DNA of 18,485 nt from NCBI GenBank assembly GCA_051745145.1, contig JBNJDT010000028.1:1-18485 (forward strand). The letters are read 5' to 3'. The DNA is from Elusimicrobiota bacterium (GTDB lineage Bacteria; CG03; SLGR01; JAGXOG01). The notes under the pieces are model-generated. The model worked only from the letters and a program-made list of their open reading frames with translations, searched no databases and was not told the origin of the DNA. Positions 7,843 to 16,248 of the stretch are shown piece after piece (within the stretch, counting starts at the first letter, position 1; every line of letters begins with the position of its first letter). Both the position numbers and the translations under genes were made by a program.

Positions 7843-8385
7843 TTATTTTTTATTCAATAATTTAATAAATTTAGTAAATTTTTCCATCGAATTTTCTTTT
7901 TTAGACCATCTCTTTATTTCATTTATATCTATTTTCTGTCTTTTTGCTACCATAATAGCCTGCTCCAACGATTCGGGATCATTCCAGTGATAGTAAGCTG
8001 CCAATCTGTCTTTTACGCAATCTGTAGGAGTAAATAATTCAACTATTCCCCTTTCCGTATTAATCTTATTAAATTTATCTATTGCCTCTTCCTTTCCTAC
8101 AGAAACAGGGGGCGGGTTAAAATCAATATAAAACTTGCATTTTTCATTTACAAAGTGCCTGCTCCCTTCTTGTTTAAAGCCTAATTTTTCCAATACCGGT
8201 TTTATTTCATTTAAATTACTGTATGTTACAAAATCCAGATCATACGAGGTATGTTCATTATCAGAATAAACAACTACACAGGCTCCTCCTACAAGTATAC
8301 TGTTTATACCGTTAGCTTTCAATTTTTCAGAAATCAACCCGGATAGCTCTTTTATATCTATGTCTTCCCAATTAATATTTTCCAT
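7843..8385 (-). CDS. Pol-beta superfamily nucleotidyltransferase (DUF6036/AbiEii-like), putative toxin
   Basis: ILVGGACVVVYS....TSYDLDFV (GG..., DxD), a later acidic residue in YIDF, and a helical C-terminus PTDCVKDRLAAY; start overlaps the upstream stop (TAATG at 8387..8383). Confidence 0.75.
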   Translation of the reverse strand: MENINWEDIDIKELSGLISEKLKANGINSILVGGACVVVYSDNEHTSYDLDFVTYSNLNEIKPVLEKLGFKQEGSRHFVNEKCKFYIDFNPPPVSVGKEEAIDKFNKINTERGIVELFTPTDCVKDRLAAYYHWNDPESLEQAIMVAKRQKIDINEIKRWSKKENSMEKFTKFIKLLNKK

Positions 8386-8711
8386 TACGGCTTTCCTTTT
8401 CTCCTGGGTCTGGTTCTTTTTCGGTAGTACTTCTTAATTTCCTCCTCCGGCAATACATCCAAGTCTTTTTCAAGTAATGCTTTTAATTCATCTAAAAATA
8501 CATACCTGGGATTAAACTGGTATATTCTTGTTCTTCCCTTTTTCTGGCTAACTACAACTCCTCCGTCTTCAAGCCGTTCTAGCTGCTGCTGTATGCCACG
8601 AATGGGTATGTCAAATGTTTTTGACATCTGTCTTCCGTATCCCTCGCCGTATACTTCTAAGAAAAGTAAAACTTTTTCTACTGTCTCATTGCCTAATATT
8701 GGTTCAAGCAT
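8385..8711 (-). CDS. Winged helix-turn-helix (ArsR-like) regulator, putative antitoxin (108 aa)
   Basis: Start moved to ATG at 8711 (SD GGAG; MLEPILGNETVEKVLLFL). YGRQMSKTFDIPIRGIQQQLERLEDGGVVVSQKKGRTRIYQFN is a wHTH with wing. Confidence 0.85.
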   Translation of the reverse strand: MLEPILGNETVEKVLLFLEVYGEGYGRQMSKTFDIPIRGIQQQLERLEDGGVVVSQKKGRTRIYQFNPRYVFLDELKALLEKDLDVLPEEEIKKYYRKRTRPRRKGKP

Positions 8712-8729
8712 TTTTATTTTCTCCGTATT

Positions 8730-8795
8730 ACTATTTTTTATAGTTATATGACTAACTTTTATAGTTATAATAATTAAAGAAATATCTTTTGTCAA
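8730..8795 (-). promoter_or_regulatory. sigma70 promoter with tandem operator-like repeats
   Basis: TTGACA (8795..8790)-17 nt-TATTAT (8772..8767). Two 19-bp repeats at 8730-8748 and 8751-8769 (17/19 identical, 21-bp period), each with ACTAW-N5-ATAGT dyad symmetry. Confidence 0.7.
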
Positions 8796-8841
8796 ATTAA
8801 ATTATTAAAACTACCGTAATTAAATATTATGGGGATTTAAC

Positions 8842-10119
8842 TTATTTCTCAGCAATTTTAAATTTTTTGGGCAGAGGATGGGTTCCCTCCCAGACCACTC
8901 TTCTGAAGTACTCGGGATCGGTGTTTCCCTCGGTATTAAGCAGCAATACCTGAGAATCGGGTCCCAGATCTAATTTTTGGCGCAGTGAACTCAAACTCTC
9001 CTGTTCCATAATTAGGGTTAAAGCACCCAGTGTAACAGCGCCGGATTCACCGGATACCACGAACGGATCCCCTTCTAAGGGAACGGCGTACATCCGCATA
9101 CCCTTGGCTGCCACGAAATCCGGACAGGCCATAAAAAAATCGGTACATTTTTTCAAAACCTCCCAGGCCATTGGATTCGGATCTCCGCAGGCCAGCCCGG
9201 CCATTATAGTATCGAGTTCTCCCTCAAATTTTACTTTTTTCTTCTCTTTTGCCGATTCAAAAATGCAGGCCGCCTTTGAGGGTTCCACAACTACAGTCCG
9301 GGGCCTATTTTCCTCCATTAAACCCTGGTAGAATCCTAAGACCGAAGCAGCTAAAGACCCTACCCCGGCCTGTACAAAAACATGGGTAGGCTGACCCAGC
9401 CCCATGCCTGCAAACTGTTCCTGAACTTCGGCCAGCATTGTAGTGTAGCCCTGCATAATCCAGGCCGGTATAACTTCATAACCGGGCCAGGAAGTATCCG
9501 ATATAATCTGCCACCCGTTACTTTCTGCATCCCGGCTGAGCTGTTCTACCGCATCGTCATAGGTACCTTTAATAATCCGTACCTTAGCTCCGTAACTTTC
9601 TATGGCATCTATCCGCGGCTGACTGGTATTTTCATGAACATAAATTATTGATTTGTATCCCAGTTTATTTGCCGCCCAGGCCACTCCCCGGCCGTGATTC
9701 CCGTCAGTTGCGGTGGCAAATACCGTATTGGAAATATTTCCGTTTACCGCATCAGCGCGCAATTCTTCAAAAGACATCTTTTCTCTGTCCGGGTCCAGTT
9801 TATTTTTAAGATAAGAATAAATGGCAAAAGCCCCTCCCAATGCTTTAAAAGAATTAAGGTTGAGGCGCTGGGATTCGTCTTTCACCCATATTCCCCCCAG
9901 ATTTAACATCCGGGCTAAATTATTCAACCCCTTAAGCGGAGTCTGCCTATATCCGGGTATCTGCCTGTGAAATTCCCGGGCTTCTTTAGCTATCCCCCGG
10001 GGAATTACATCAAAAACATCCTCCATATTCCCCGAACTTTTTTTTAACGAATTTTCCAGCCAGTGTATTGAATTTGATTCCGAACTTTCTACATTATTTC
10101 TCGAATTTTTCTTATTCAT
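8842..10119 (-). CDS. dpaL: Diaminopropionate ammonia-lyase (PLP fold type II)
   Basis: VKDESQR.LNSFKALGG (PLP Lys), TATDGNHGRGVAW, SDTSWPGY, IMQGYTT, QAGVGSLA, TIMAGLACG, SGESGA, NTEGNTDP; SD AAGGAG. Confidence 0.95.
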   Translation of the reverse strand: MNKKNSRNNVESSESNSIHWLENSLKKSSGNMEDVFDVIPRGIAKEAREFHRQIPGYRQTPLKGLNNLARMLNLGGIWVKDESQRLNLNSFKALGGAFAIYSYLKNKLDPDREKMSFEELRADAVNGNISNTVFATATDGNHGRGVAWAANKLGYKSIIYVHENTSQPRIDAIESYGAKVRIIKGTYDDAVEQLSRDAESNGWQIISDTSWPGYEVIPAWIMQGYTTMLAEVQEQFAGMGLGQPTHVFVQAGVGSLAASVLGFYQGLMEENRPRTVVVEPSKAACIFESAKEKKKVKFEGELDTIMAGLACGDPNPMAWEVLKKCTDFFMACPDFVAAKGMRMYAVPLEGDPFVVSGESGAVTLGALTLIMEQESLSSLRQKLDLGPDSQVLLLNTEGNTDPEYFRRVVWEGTHPLPKKFKIAEK

Positions 10120-10198
10120 AATATCTCCTTTATATTTTTAAAATTTGAATTTGTAATACCTTATTAATCCCACAAAAATTATTGTTATTTTACCTGTT

Positions 10199-10227
10199 TT
10201 GAAAATATTTTTTTGAAATGGTATAAT
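10199..10227 (+). promoter_or_regulatory. Near-consensus sigma70 promoter with extended -10
   Basis: TTGAAA (10199-10204)-17 nt-TATAAT (10222-10227), with TG at 10219-10220. Confidence 0.65.
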
Positions 10228-10257
10228 AAAGTAAATATTTTATAAGGGGAAAGAAAA

Positions 10258-10584
10258 ATGTCAAATGAAGAAAAAGACAAAAACACAAAAAGAACCCCTG
10301 GCGAAATGCGCTCAATCGCCCGTACAATAGCCTACAGAGAAGTACAGGAATTAAAAAAAACCCTTGAGCATGAAGAACATATTCGGGGAAGATGGCTGGG
10401 ATTCTTTTCATGTCTTACCGGACTCCTGAGCATTTTCTGGCAGTGGCCGGAAGTATTTGTACCCCTGAGTATAATTCAGGGTATTTTTGCCATAGACCAC
10501 CGCGCGCCGCTTATAGGAAGTATTGGACTGCTCACCGGATTAACGGGATTATTCTTTCTGCTCAGCAACTTAGGATACTTTTGA
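10258..10584 (+). CDS. Small hypothetical membrane protein (2-3 C-terminal TM segments)
   Basis: Fills the dpaL-typA gap; promoter and purine-rich SD (AAGGGG) upstream; charged N-terminal half and hydrophobic C-terminal half. Confidence 0.7.
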   Translation: MSNEEKDKNTKRTPGEMRSIARTIAYREVQELKKTLEHEEHIRGRWLGFFSCLTGLLSIFWQWPEVFVPLSIIQGIFAIDHRAPLIGSIGLLTGLTGLFFLLSNLGYF

Positions 10585-10621
10585 AGTTATTTTAGAGGTT
10601 TTTTCTGTAATTTAGTAAAAT

Positions 10622-12442
10622 TTATTTCGCAGCTCTTCTCCTGCGTTTGTGATTGAGAATTTTTTTGCGGAATCGTATATTTTCAGGAGTTACTTCCAGC
10701 AACTCATCCTTGCTGATATATTCTAAAGCCTGCTCTAAGGTAAATTCTTTGGGCGGGGCTAAATCTATGGCGTCATCGGAACCGGCGGCCCGGACATTGG
10801 TGAGTTTTTTTGTTTTACATACATTAACTAAAACATCCTCTTCCGAATTACTGTCTCCCACTATCATCCCCTCGTAGACCCTGGTTCCCGGACTTATGAA
10901 AAATACTCCCCGGTCTTCGAGTTTATAAAGAGCGTACCCTGTGGCTTCACCTGATTTTACGGCAACTAACGCCCCTTTGGTAGTCCTGGATATGTCTTCC
11001 CGGAATGGCCCGTATTTGTGAAAAACCCGGTTTAAAACTCCCGTACCCCGGGTATCAGTGACAAATTCGTTTCTATACCCTAAAAGCCCCCGGGTGGGGA
11101 TATGAAATTCAAGCCTGGTGTACCCGCCATCTCCGGTGGACATATTTACCATTTCCCCTTTTCTGTTATTTAATTTTTCTATGACCGTACCCGTAAATTC
11201 ACCGGGTACATCTACAGTCACATGTTCAACAGGTTCGTATTTTTTTCCGTCTTTTTCTTTTAATATTACTTTGGGTTTTGATACCTGCAGTTCATAGCCT
11301 TCCCTGCGCATATTTTCTATTAAAATGGCCAGCTGAAGTTCCCCTCTCCCTTTCACTATAAATCTGTCAGTTGATTCTGTGTATTCCACTTCTATACTCA
11401 CATTAGACTGCAATTCCCGGTACAGCCTTTTCTTTAAATGCCTGGAAGTTACGTATTTGCCTTCCTGACCGGCAAAAGGTGAGTCGTTTACCAAAAATTC
11501 CATGGCCAAAGTGGGCGGATCTATTTCTATAAAAGGTAAAGGCTCGGGGTTTTCCCGGTGGGCGACGGTCTCCCCCACATCGAGCTCGTCAGTACCCGCA
11601 ATAGATACTATATCTCCTGCGAAAGCTTCGTCGGTCTCAACTTTTTTAAGTCCGGAATACAGATACACCTTAGTAACCTGGAATTCCACTTTCTCGGAAT
11701 TCTTTTTTATCAGCACAACTTTATCCCCCTCTTTAACTGAACCTTTGTGTATTTTGCCGGTACCTATTTTCCCCACGTAACTGTCGTATTCAATGGCCGA
11801 AACCAGAAACTGGAATTTTTTACCGGGATCCCCCTGGGTATCGGGAACATTATCTACTATCGTTTCTAAAAGCGGCTGGATATCCCGGGCTTCATCCTCA
11901 ATCTCATATTTTGCCACCCCCTCCGTGGCAGAAGTATATACAACCGGAAAATCAAGCTGTTCGTCATCGGCATTTAATTCCAAAAACAGCTCAAAAGTAC
12001 TGTCCAGCACTTCATGGGGACTGCCTTTTTTACGGTCTATCTTATTTATAACTACAATTACCTTATGTCCCAGTTCCAGAGATTTTTTGAGAACGTATTT
12101 GGTCTGGGGCATGGGTCCCTCAAAAGCGTCAACCACCAGAAGGACGGCATCGACCATTTTGAGGATTCTCTGTACCTCGCCCCCAAAATCGGCGTGTCCG
12201 GGGGTGTCCACTACATTTATCTTGTAACCGCCGTATTTAAAGGCAGCGTTTTTGGAGAATATGGTAATACCCTTCTCTTTTTCTAAAGTATCCGAATCCA
12301 TAACTCTTTCGGCAACTTCTTCGTTTTCCCGGAAAATACCGGTCTGCCTGAGGATAGCATCCACCAGGGTGGTCTTACCGTGATCCACATGGGCAATAAT
12401 TCCTATATTCTTTATTTTTCTGTTATTATTATTTTTATCCAT
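10622..12442 (-). CDS. typA: Translational GTPase TypA/BipA
   Basis: IAHVDHGKTTLVD, GITIFSKN, DTPGHADFGGEV, NKID, GRGELQL.ILIENMRREGYE, KKLTNVRAAGSD, ELLEVTP. Confidence 0.98.
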   Translation of the reverse strand: MDKNNNNRKIKNIGIIAHVDHGKTTLVDAILRQTGIFRENEEVAERVMDSDTLEKEKGITIFSKNAAFKYGGYKINVVDTPGHADFGGEVQRILKMVDAVLLVVDAFEGPMPQTKYVLKKSLELGHKVIVVINKIDRKKGSPHEVLDSTFELFLELNADDEQLDFPVVYTSATEGVAKYEIEDEARDIQPLLETIVDNVPDTQGDPGKKFQFLVSAIEYDSYVGKIGTGKIHKGSVKEGDKVVLIKKNSEKVEFQVTKVYLYSGLKKVETDEAFAGDIVSIAGTDELDVGETVAHRENPEPLPFIEIDPPTLAMEFLVNDSPFAGQEGKYVTSRHLKKRLYRELQSNVSIEVEYTESTDRFIVKGRGELQLAILIENMRREGYELQVSKPKVILKEKDGKKYEPVEHVTVDVPGEFTGTVIEKLNNRKGEMVNMSTGDGGYTRLEFHIPTRGLLGYRNEFVTDTRGTGVLNRVFHKYGPFREDISRTTKGALVAVKSGEATGYALYKLEDRGVFFISPGTRVYEGMIVGDSNSEEDVLVNVCKTKKLTNVRAAGSDDAIDLAPPKEFTLEQALEYISKDELLEVTPENIRFRKKILNHKRRRRAAK

Positions 12443-12512
12443 AATGTTAAGCTTTTTAATTATAGATATGTTTTAAATAAATACAAATTTAAAAATATGT
12501 TTTACGGAAAAG

Positions 12513-13307
12513 TTAACTTATAGCCCGGCGTTTAAAAGCCCATATACCCAGGGGCACTAAAACGGCCAAATTGACTATAATTCCCAGTATGTATACAGAT
12601 GTGGGGAAATACCCGTTATCCGCTAAAATCACTCTCAGGAGCTCACTTACATGGGCCAGAGGGAGCAAAAGCGTAACATAGCTAAGAGAAGAGTGGATCT
12701 GTTCCAGCATGGAGACAGGATAGAAAGTGGCCCCGAAGAACATCATAGGCATCATAATTATAAACATTATTTCAAACATAACTTCCGGAGGTGTGAATGT
12801 AGTCCCTATAGCCAGGCCTAAAGATGCAAATATTATACTTCCGGCCATAAGAACCGGTAAAATCTGTATAAATGTTAAAAAATTCAAGGTGAAAAAATCG
12901 GGAAACAGCAGACCGGAAACTATCAATACAGAAAAGCCCGAAAAAAGCCCCTGAACCATTCCGAATATTATCTTCTCCGCGGCTAAAGTTCTAACGGACA
13001 GAGGCAAGAGAATATGGGCTCTTATCTCCTCGTTGTGATCAAAACTCAACCCTATTTCGGCGGCCACGCTTCTCATACTTCCCATGAGAGCGGCCATGGC
13101 CACTATTCCGGGTATGAGCATCTGGGTATAGTTGGCCCGAAAGACTTTCATTTTTGGAAGTAAAAACCCGAAAACAGTAAGAAATAGAAAAGGGTGGCCC
13201 ATAATTCTTATAAGGTTACCCCGCAAATCTTTTATAAATACCCGCACATCCCTTTTAAATACAGCGGTGGCCGCCTGAATATTCCATTTTAATTTTTGTT
13301 CTTTCAT
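12513..13307 (-). CDS. ABC-2 type exporter permease
   Basis: About six hydrophobic segments, IPGIVAM, PMMFFGATFYPV, LPLAHVSELLR; start moved to ATG at 13307, 1 nt after the ATPase stop. Confidence 0.9.
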   Translation of the reverse strand: MKEQKLKWNIQAATAVFKRDVRVFIKDLRGNLIRIMGHPFLFLTVFGFLLPKMKVFRANYTQMLIPGIVAMAALMGSMRSVAAEIGLSFDHNEEIRAHILLPLSVRTLAAEKIIFGMVQGLFSGFSVLIVSGLLFPDFFTLNFLTFIQILPVLMAGSIIFASLGLAIGTTFTPPEVMFEIMFIIMMPMMFFGATFYPVSMLEQIHSSLSYVTLLLPLAHVSELLRVILADNGYFPTSVYILGIIVNLAVLVPLGIWAFKRRAIS

Positions 13308-13308
13308 A

Positions 13309-14241
13309 TTATTCCAGACTCTCTCCCGTAAGATTGGTAAAAACATCCTCTAACGTTGACTCCCTGACATCCAGGGAAAATATGGGAATATCATTGTCTC
13401 CTAAAATATCGACAATACTGGGTACAAATTTACGCCCTTCCTTCACATAAACACATAACCGGGGGACCCTGTTAGAATAAGATACCCTAACATCTTTAAC
13501 TTTAGACAGGTTACTTATTTTTTCCACGAAAGAATCGGGAATATTTTTCATCTCTATTATAATTACGCTGTTGGTGGTATCTTCTTCTTTTAATTTTTTT
13601 GGAGTTCCCGATTTTATGATTTTACCGTTATTCATTATAGCCACCCTGTCGCACAGGGCCTCCGCTTCTTCCATATAGTGGGTGGTCAAAAGAAAGGTTT
13701 TGCCCTCACTGTTTAACTTTTCTATCTTATCCCAGATATTCTTACGGGCTTTCGGATCCAGACCTATAGTCGGTTCATCTAAAAAAATTATTTCCGGATC
13801 GTGAACTAAAGCCCTGGCTATTAAAAGCTGCTGGAGCATTCCCCCCGAATAAGTGTTTATGAGGCTGTCGATCTGCTTTCCCAGTTCCGTAAAAGAGAGT
13901 ACTTCCTCAATCCTTTTTTTAATATCTAACACCCCGTAAGCCTGGGCCATAACCCGGATATTTTCCCGGCCCGTAAGTCTTCTGTCCAGGCTCCGGTGCT
14001 GGGGTATAACCCCGATCTGTTTTTTTACCGCAAGAGGATTTTTGTCCACATCCGTATCATTGACATAGGCACTGCCGGAGGTGGGTTTAACTTCGCTGGT
14101 CAGCATCCCCACGGTTGTGGTCTTACCCGCCCCGTTAGGTCCTAGCAGCCCAAAAACTTCCCCCGGCTCTATGGAAAAGGAGATATCTCTTACAGCCTCT
14201 AAATTACCAAAATTTTTAACTAAATTTTTTACGGAAATCAT
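13309..14241 (-). CDS. ABC exporter ATP-binding protein (DrrA/NodI-like)
   Basis: Walker A GPNGAGKTT, signature YSGGM, Walker B IFLDEPT, H-loop TTHYMEEAE. Confidence 0.95.
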   Translation of the reverse strand: MISVKNLVKNFGNLEAVRDISFSIEPGEVFGLLGPNGAGKTTTVGMLTSEVKPTSGSAYVNDTDVDKNPLAVKKQIGVIPQHRSLDRRLTGRENIRVMAQAYGVLDIKKRIEEVLSFTELGKQIDSLINTYSGGMLQQLLIARALVHDPEIIFLDEPTIGLDPKARKNIWDKIEKLNSEGKTFLLTTHYMEEAEALCDRVAIMNNGKIIKSGTPKKLKEEDTTNSVIIIEMKNIPDSFVEKISNLSKVKDVRVSYSNRVPRLCVYVKEGRKFVPSIVDILGDNDIPIFSLDVRESTLEDVFTNLTGESLE

Positions 14242-14276
14242 GTACTAAGGATATAAATATAAGTATCTGATGTAAA
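14242..14276 (-). promoter_or_regulatory. Putative leaderless sigma70 promoter of the ABC exporter
   Basis: TTTACA (14276..14271)-17 nt-TATCCT (14253..14248)-6 nt-ATG; no SD upstream. Confidence 0.55.
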
Positions 14277-14378
14277 GTTTTTCTCAAGGCAAAAATATTA
14301 ACGGGAGCGTAACCGTATATTTTTTTCTAATACCGGGAAAAATAACCCTCTCTTAAATAGAGGTTTACAGAATATTTT

Positions 14379-15446
14379 TTAATTATCTTTTATTATTTCC
14401 CGCACTGCTTTTATTGCGATTGCTGCTTTGTAGGAACAGCTTAATTTTGCTCCCTCGCATTTTAGACCTTTTAAAGTTTCTTCGGTAAGTTTTAGATTAT
14501 TTTCCACATTATTTAAATTTTCGTCTTTAAAATACGAAAAACCGGCGGCCAGCGATAAAGCAGCTTTGTCTGCCAGCCCGCAGGTAGAAGAGATCCTCCC
14601 TTTTTCAGCGGCCAGATGAAACTGGGTTAAAACTGTAAACAGAGCGGCAGGTAAAAATTCTTTGCCGTATTCTCTGTATACTAGATATAATGGTACTCCC
14701 AAAAATATTCCCTGGTTTCCGGAACCGGTAATAGTCATTATTTTTACCGGCTCCCCTTCCATTCTTTTTAAAGTAAGGTCTTTTACTCCCGGAAGATAAT
14801 TTTTGTACCCGTATTTTTTCACATTTTTGCCCTGTTTATTTATAAAATTTTTAACTTTATCTATTAAAACCGGAGGCTTATCTTCTACAATTTCCATAAT
14901 ATCACGAAGGCTATTAAAAGTTGGTTCTCTTTTATTTTTATTATTATCTTCGAAAAATACTCTTTTTCCGTTATAACTTATACTTTTTATTAAATCGTGT
15001 TCCGATTCTATAACAACCTTTACTTCATCTGAACCCGAGGATACTTTAGCTTCTACATATATACCCCGCCGGTCTACCGGATAGCCGGTATACCATCTGT
15101 TTTTATCTACAAGTTCTGTTACTTTGTTTTGGGTTTCCCTGTCAAAATCCTTAAACATATTCAGTGAGTCCCCCTTTAAAACAAGGCCGGAGGCGGTTGC
15201 TGCTTTGGGACCTTTCTTTTTTATAATGGGGATTTTGACTGTGGAAACATTTCTGAACACATCTTTTGAAAGTTTAAGATTTACTTTCAAATCCTCCGGC
15301 CCAAATTCTTCACCGGTCTGTTTTTCAAGTTCTAAAAGAGCGGTGGAAAAAGCGTAAGCTATACTGGCCGGCTCGGTACAACCGACAACTTCCTTTATTT
15401 CCCTGTCCATCAGACCTTCTATATTTTTTATTTTTTTATCATTCAT
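14379..15446 (-). CDS. L-cysteine desulfidase CyuA/YhaM family (serine dehydratase alpha-like Fe-S protein), shortened form
   Basis: VVGCTEPASIAYA, TITGSGNQGI, GRISSTCG, GLKCEGAKLSCSYK; start 1 nt after the DUF364 stop. Confidence 0.8.
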   Translation of the reverse strand: MNDKKIKNIEGLMDREIKEVVGCTEPASIAYAFSTALLELEKQTGEEFGPEDLKVNLKLSKDVFRNVSTVKIPIIKKKGPKAATASGLVLKGDSLNMFKDFDRETQNKVTELVDKNRWYTGYPVDRRGIYVEAKVSSGSDEVKVVIESEHDLIKSISYNGKRVFFEDNNKNKREPTFNSLRDIMEIVEDKPPVLIDKVKNFINKQGKNVKKYGYKNYLPGVKDLTLKRMEGEPVKIMTITGSGNQGIFLGVPLYLVYREYGKEFLPAALFTVLTQFHLAAEKGRISSTCGLADKAALSLAAGFSYFKDENLNNVENNLKLTEETLKGLKCEGAKLSCSYKAAIAIKAVREIIKDN

Positions 15447-15447
15447 T

Positions 15448-16182
15448 TTAAAAATCCTTCTCCATTATTGTTACTAATCTTTTCCCCTTAAGATCCCTGA
15501 AAGTTGCCCCCTGTTTTAAATACTTAATAAGAATTTTAGGGTTTTTCACCACAGTTCCGCAAACCGCATCCACATTAAATCCAAAAAGCACCGGCGAAAG
15601 TGGAGCTGAGGGACCCAAAACTAAAGTAAAGGCCTTTTCGGGGACATATTTTATGATATCCTTAAATGTGTGGTTTATAAACGAAGTTCCCGAAATTACA
15701 GCCACATCCACTCCGGGAAGATATTCCGATTCTTTTTCAGGGGGGAGTTCCCCTTTTAACGGGGGTTTGCCGAATACATATAAATTTTTTACCCTGTCCT
15801 TTAACTTCTTTATGAAAGGAAAATGCCCTATCACTCCTACATTTTTATTTTGGCCAAATTTCATAACCAGTTCGGCGGCATTTTTTTCCATAAGTCTTTC
15901 TTCTTTAATTTCGGGCAGGGATGAATTCACGGCAGCCAGGCCCAGCGAGGCCTCTAAAAGTACATCGGATTTTAAATAATGGGCCAGCTCTTTAGTATCC
16001 AGCTTTTCTAAACTGCCCAGATTTTTCATTCTAGGATGTCCCCCTTTAACCCCAAATTCCCTCATTGAAGTGGCTATCCCCGTCCTGTGTTTATTTATAA
16101 CTCCTACATCAAATGTACCTATAACTACATCTTTAAGGGGGTATCTTTTTACTTTACTTATTAACTTTTCATATATTTCCAT
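15448..16182 (-). CDS. DUF364 (Rossmann-like, putative heavy-metal chelation) family protein
   Basis: EASLGLAAVNS, KNVGVIGHFPF, DVAVISGTSFINHT, LVLGPSAPLSPVLF..V DAVCG. Confidence 0.88.
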   Translation of the reverse strand: MEIYEKLISKVKRYPLKDVVIGTFDVGVINKHRTGIATSMREFGVKGGHPRMKNLGSLEKLDTKELAHYLKSDVLLEASLGLAAVNSSLPEIKEERLMEKNAAELVMKFGQNKNVGVIGHFPFIKKLKDRVKNLYVFGKPPLKGELPPEKESEYLPGVDVAVISGTSFINHTFKDIIKYVPEKAFTLVLGPSAPLSPVLFGFNVDAVCGTVVKNPKILIKYLKQGATFRDLKGKRLVTIMEKDF

Positions 16183-16186
16183 GTTG

Positions 16187-16211
16187 GTAAATGATAATCA
16201 TTATCATTTAC
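16187..16211. promoter_or_regulatory. Fur-family operator (perfect 12-1-12 palindrome) inside the DUF364 promoter
   Basis: gtaaatgataat-c-attatcatttac contains the 7-1-7 core TGATAATnATTATCA; it covers the spacer and -10 of TTGACA (16218..16213)-16 nt-TATCAT (16196..16191). Confidence 0.85.
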
Positions 16212-16248
16212 TTGTCAAGTATTTTATCTGATTTAAACACAAATAATC

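Noticed and set aside
8712..8795. 28-aa N-terminal extension of the wHTH ORF from TTG at 8795
   Set aside because: That TTG is the -35 box (TTGACA); the repeated IIITIKV/HITIKN peptide is just the operator repeat. An SD supports ATG at 8711.
14291..14366. Two imperfect hairpins between the cyuA-like gene and the ABC promoter
   Set aside because: Bulged, AT-rich stems; plausible terminators but too weak to call.
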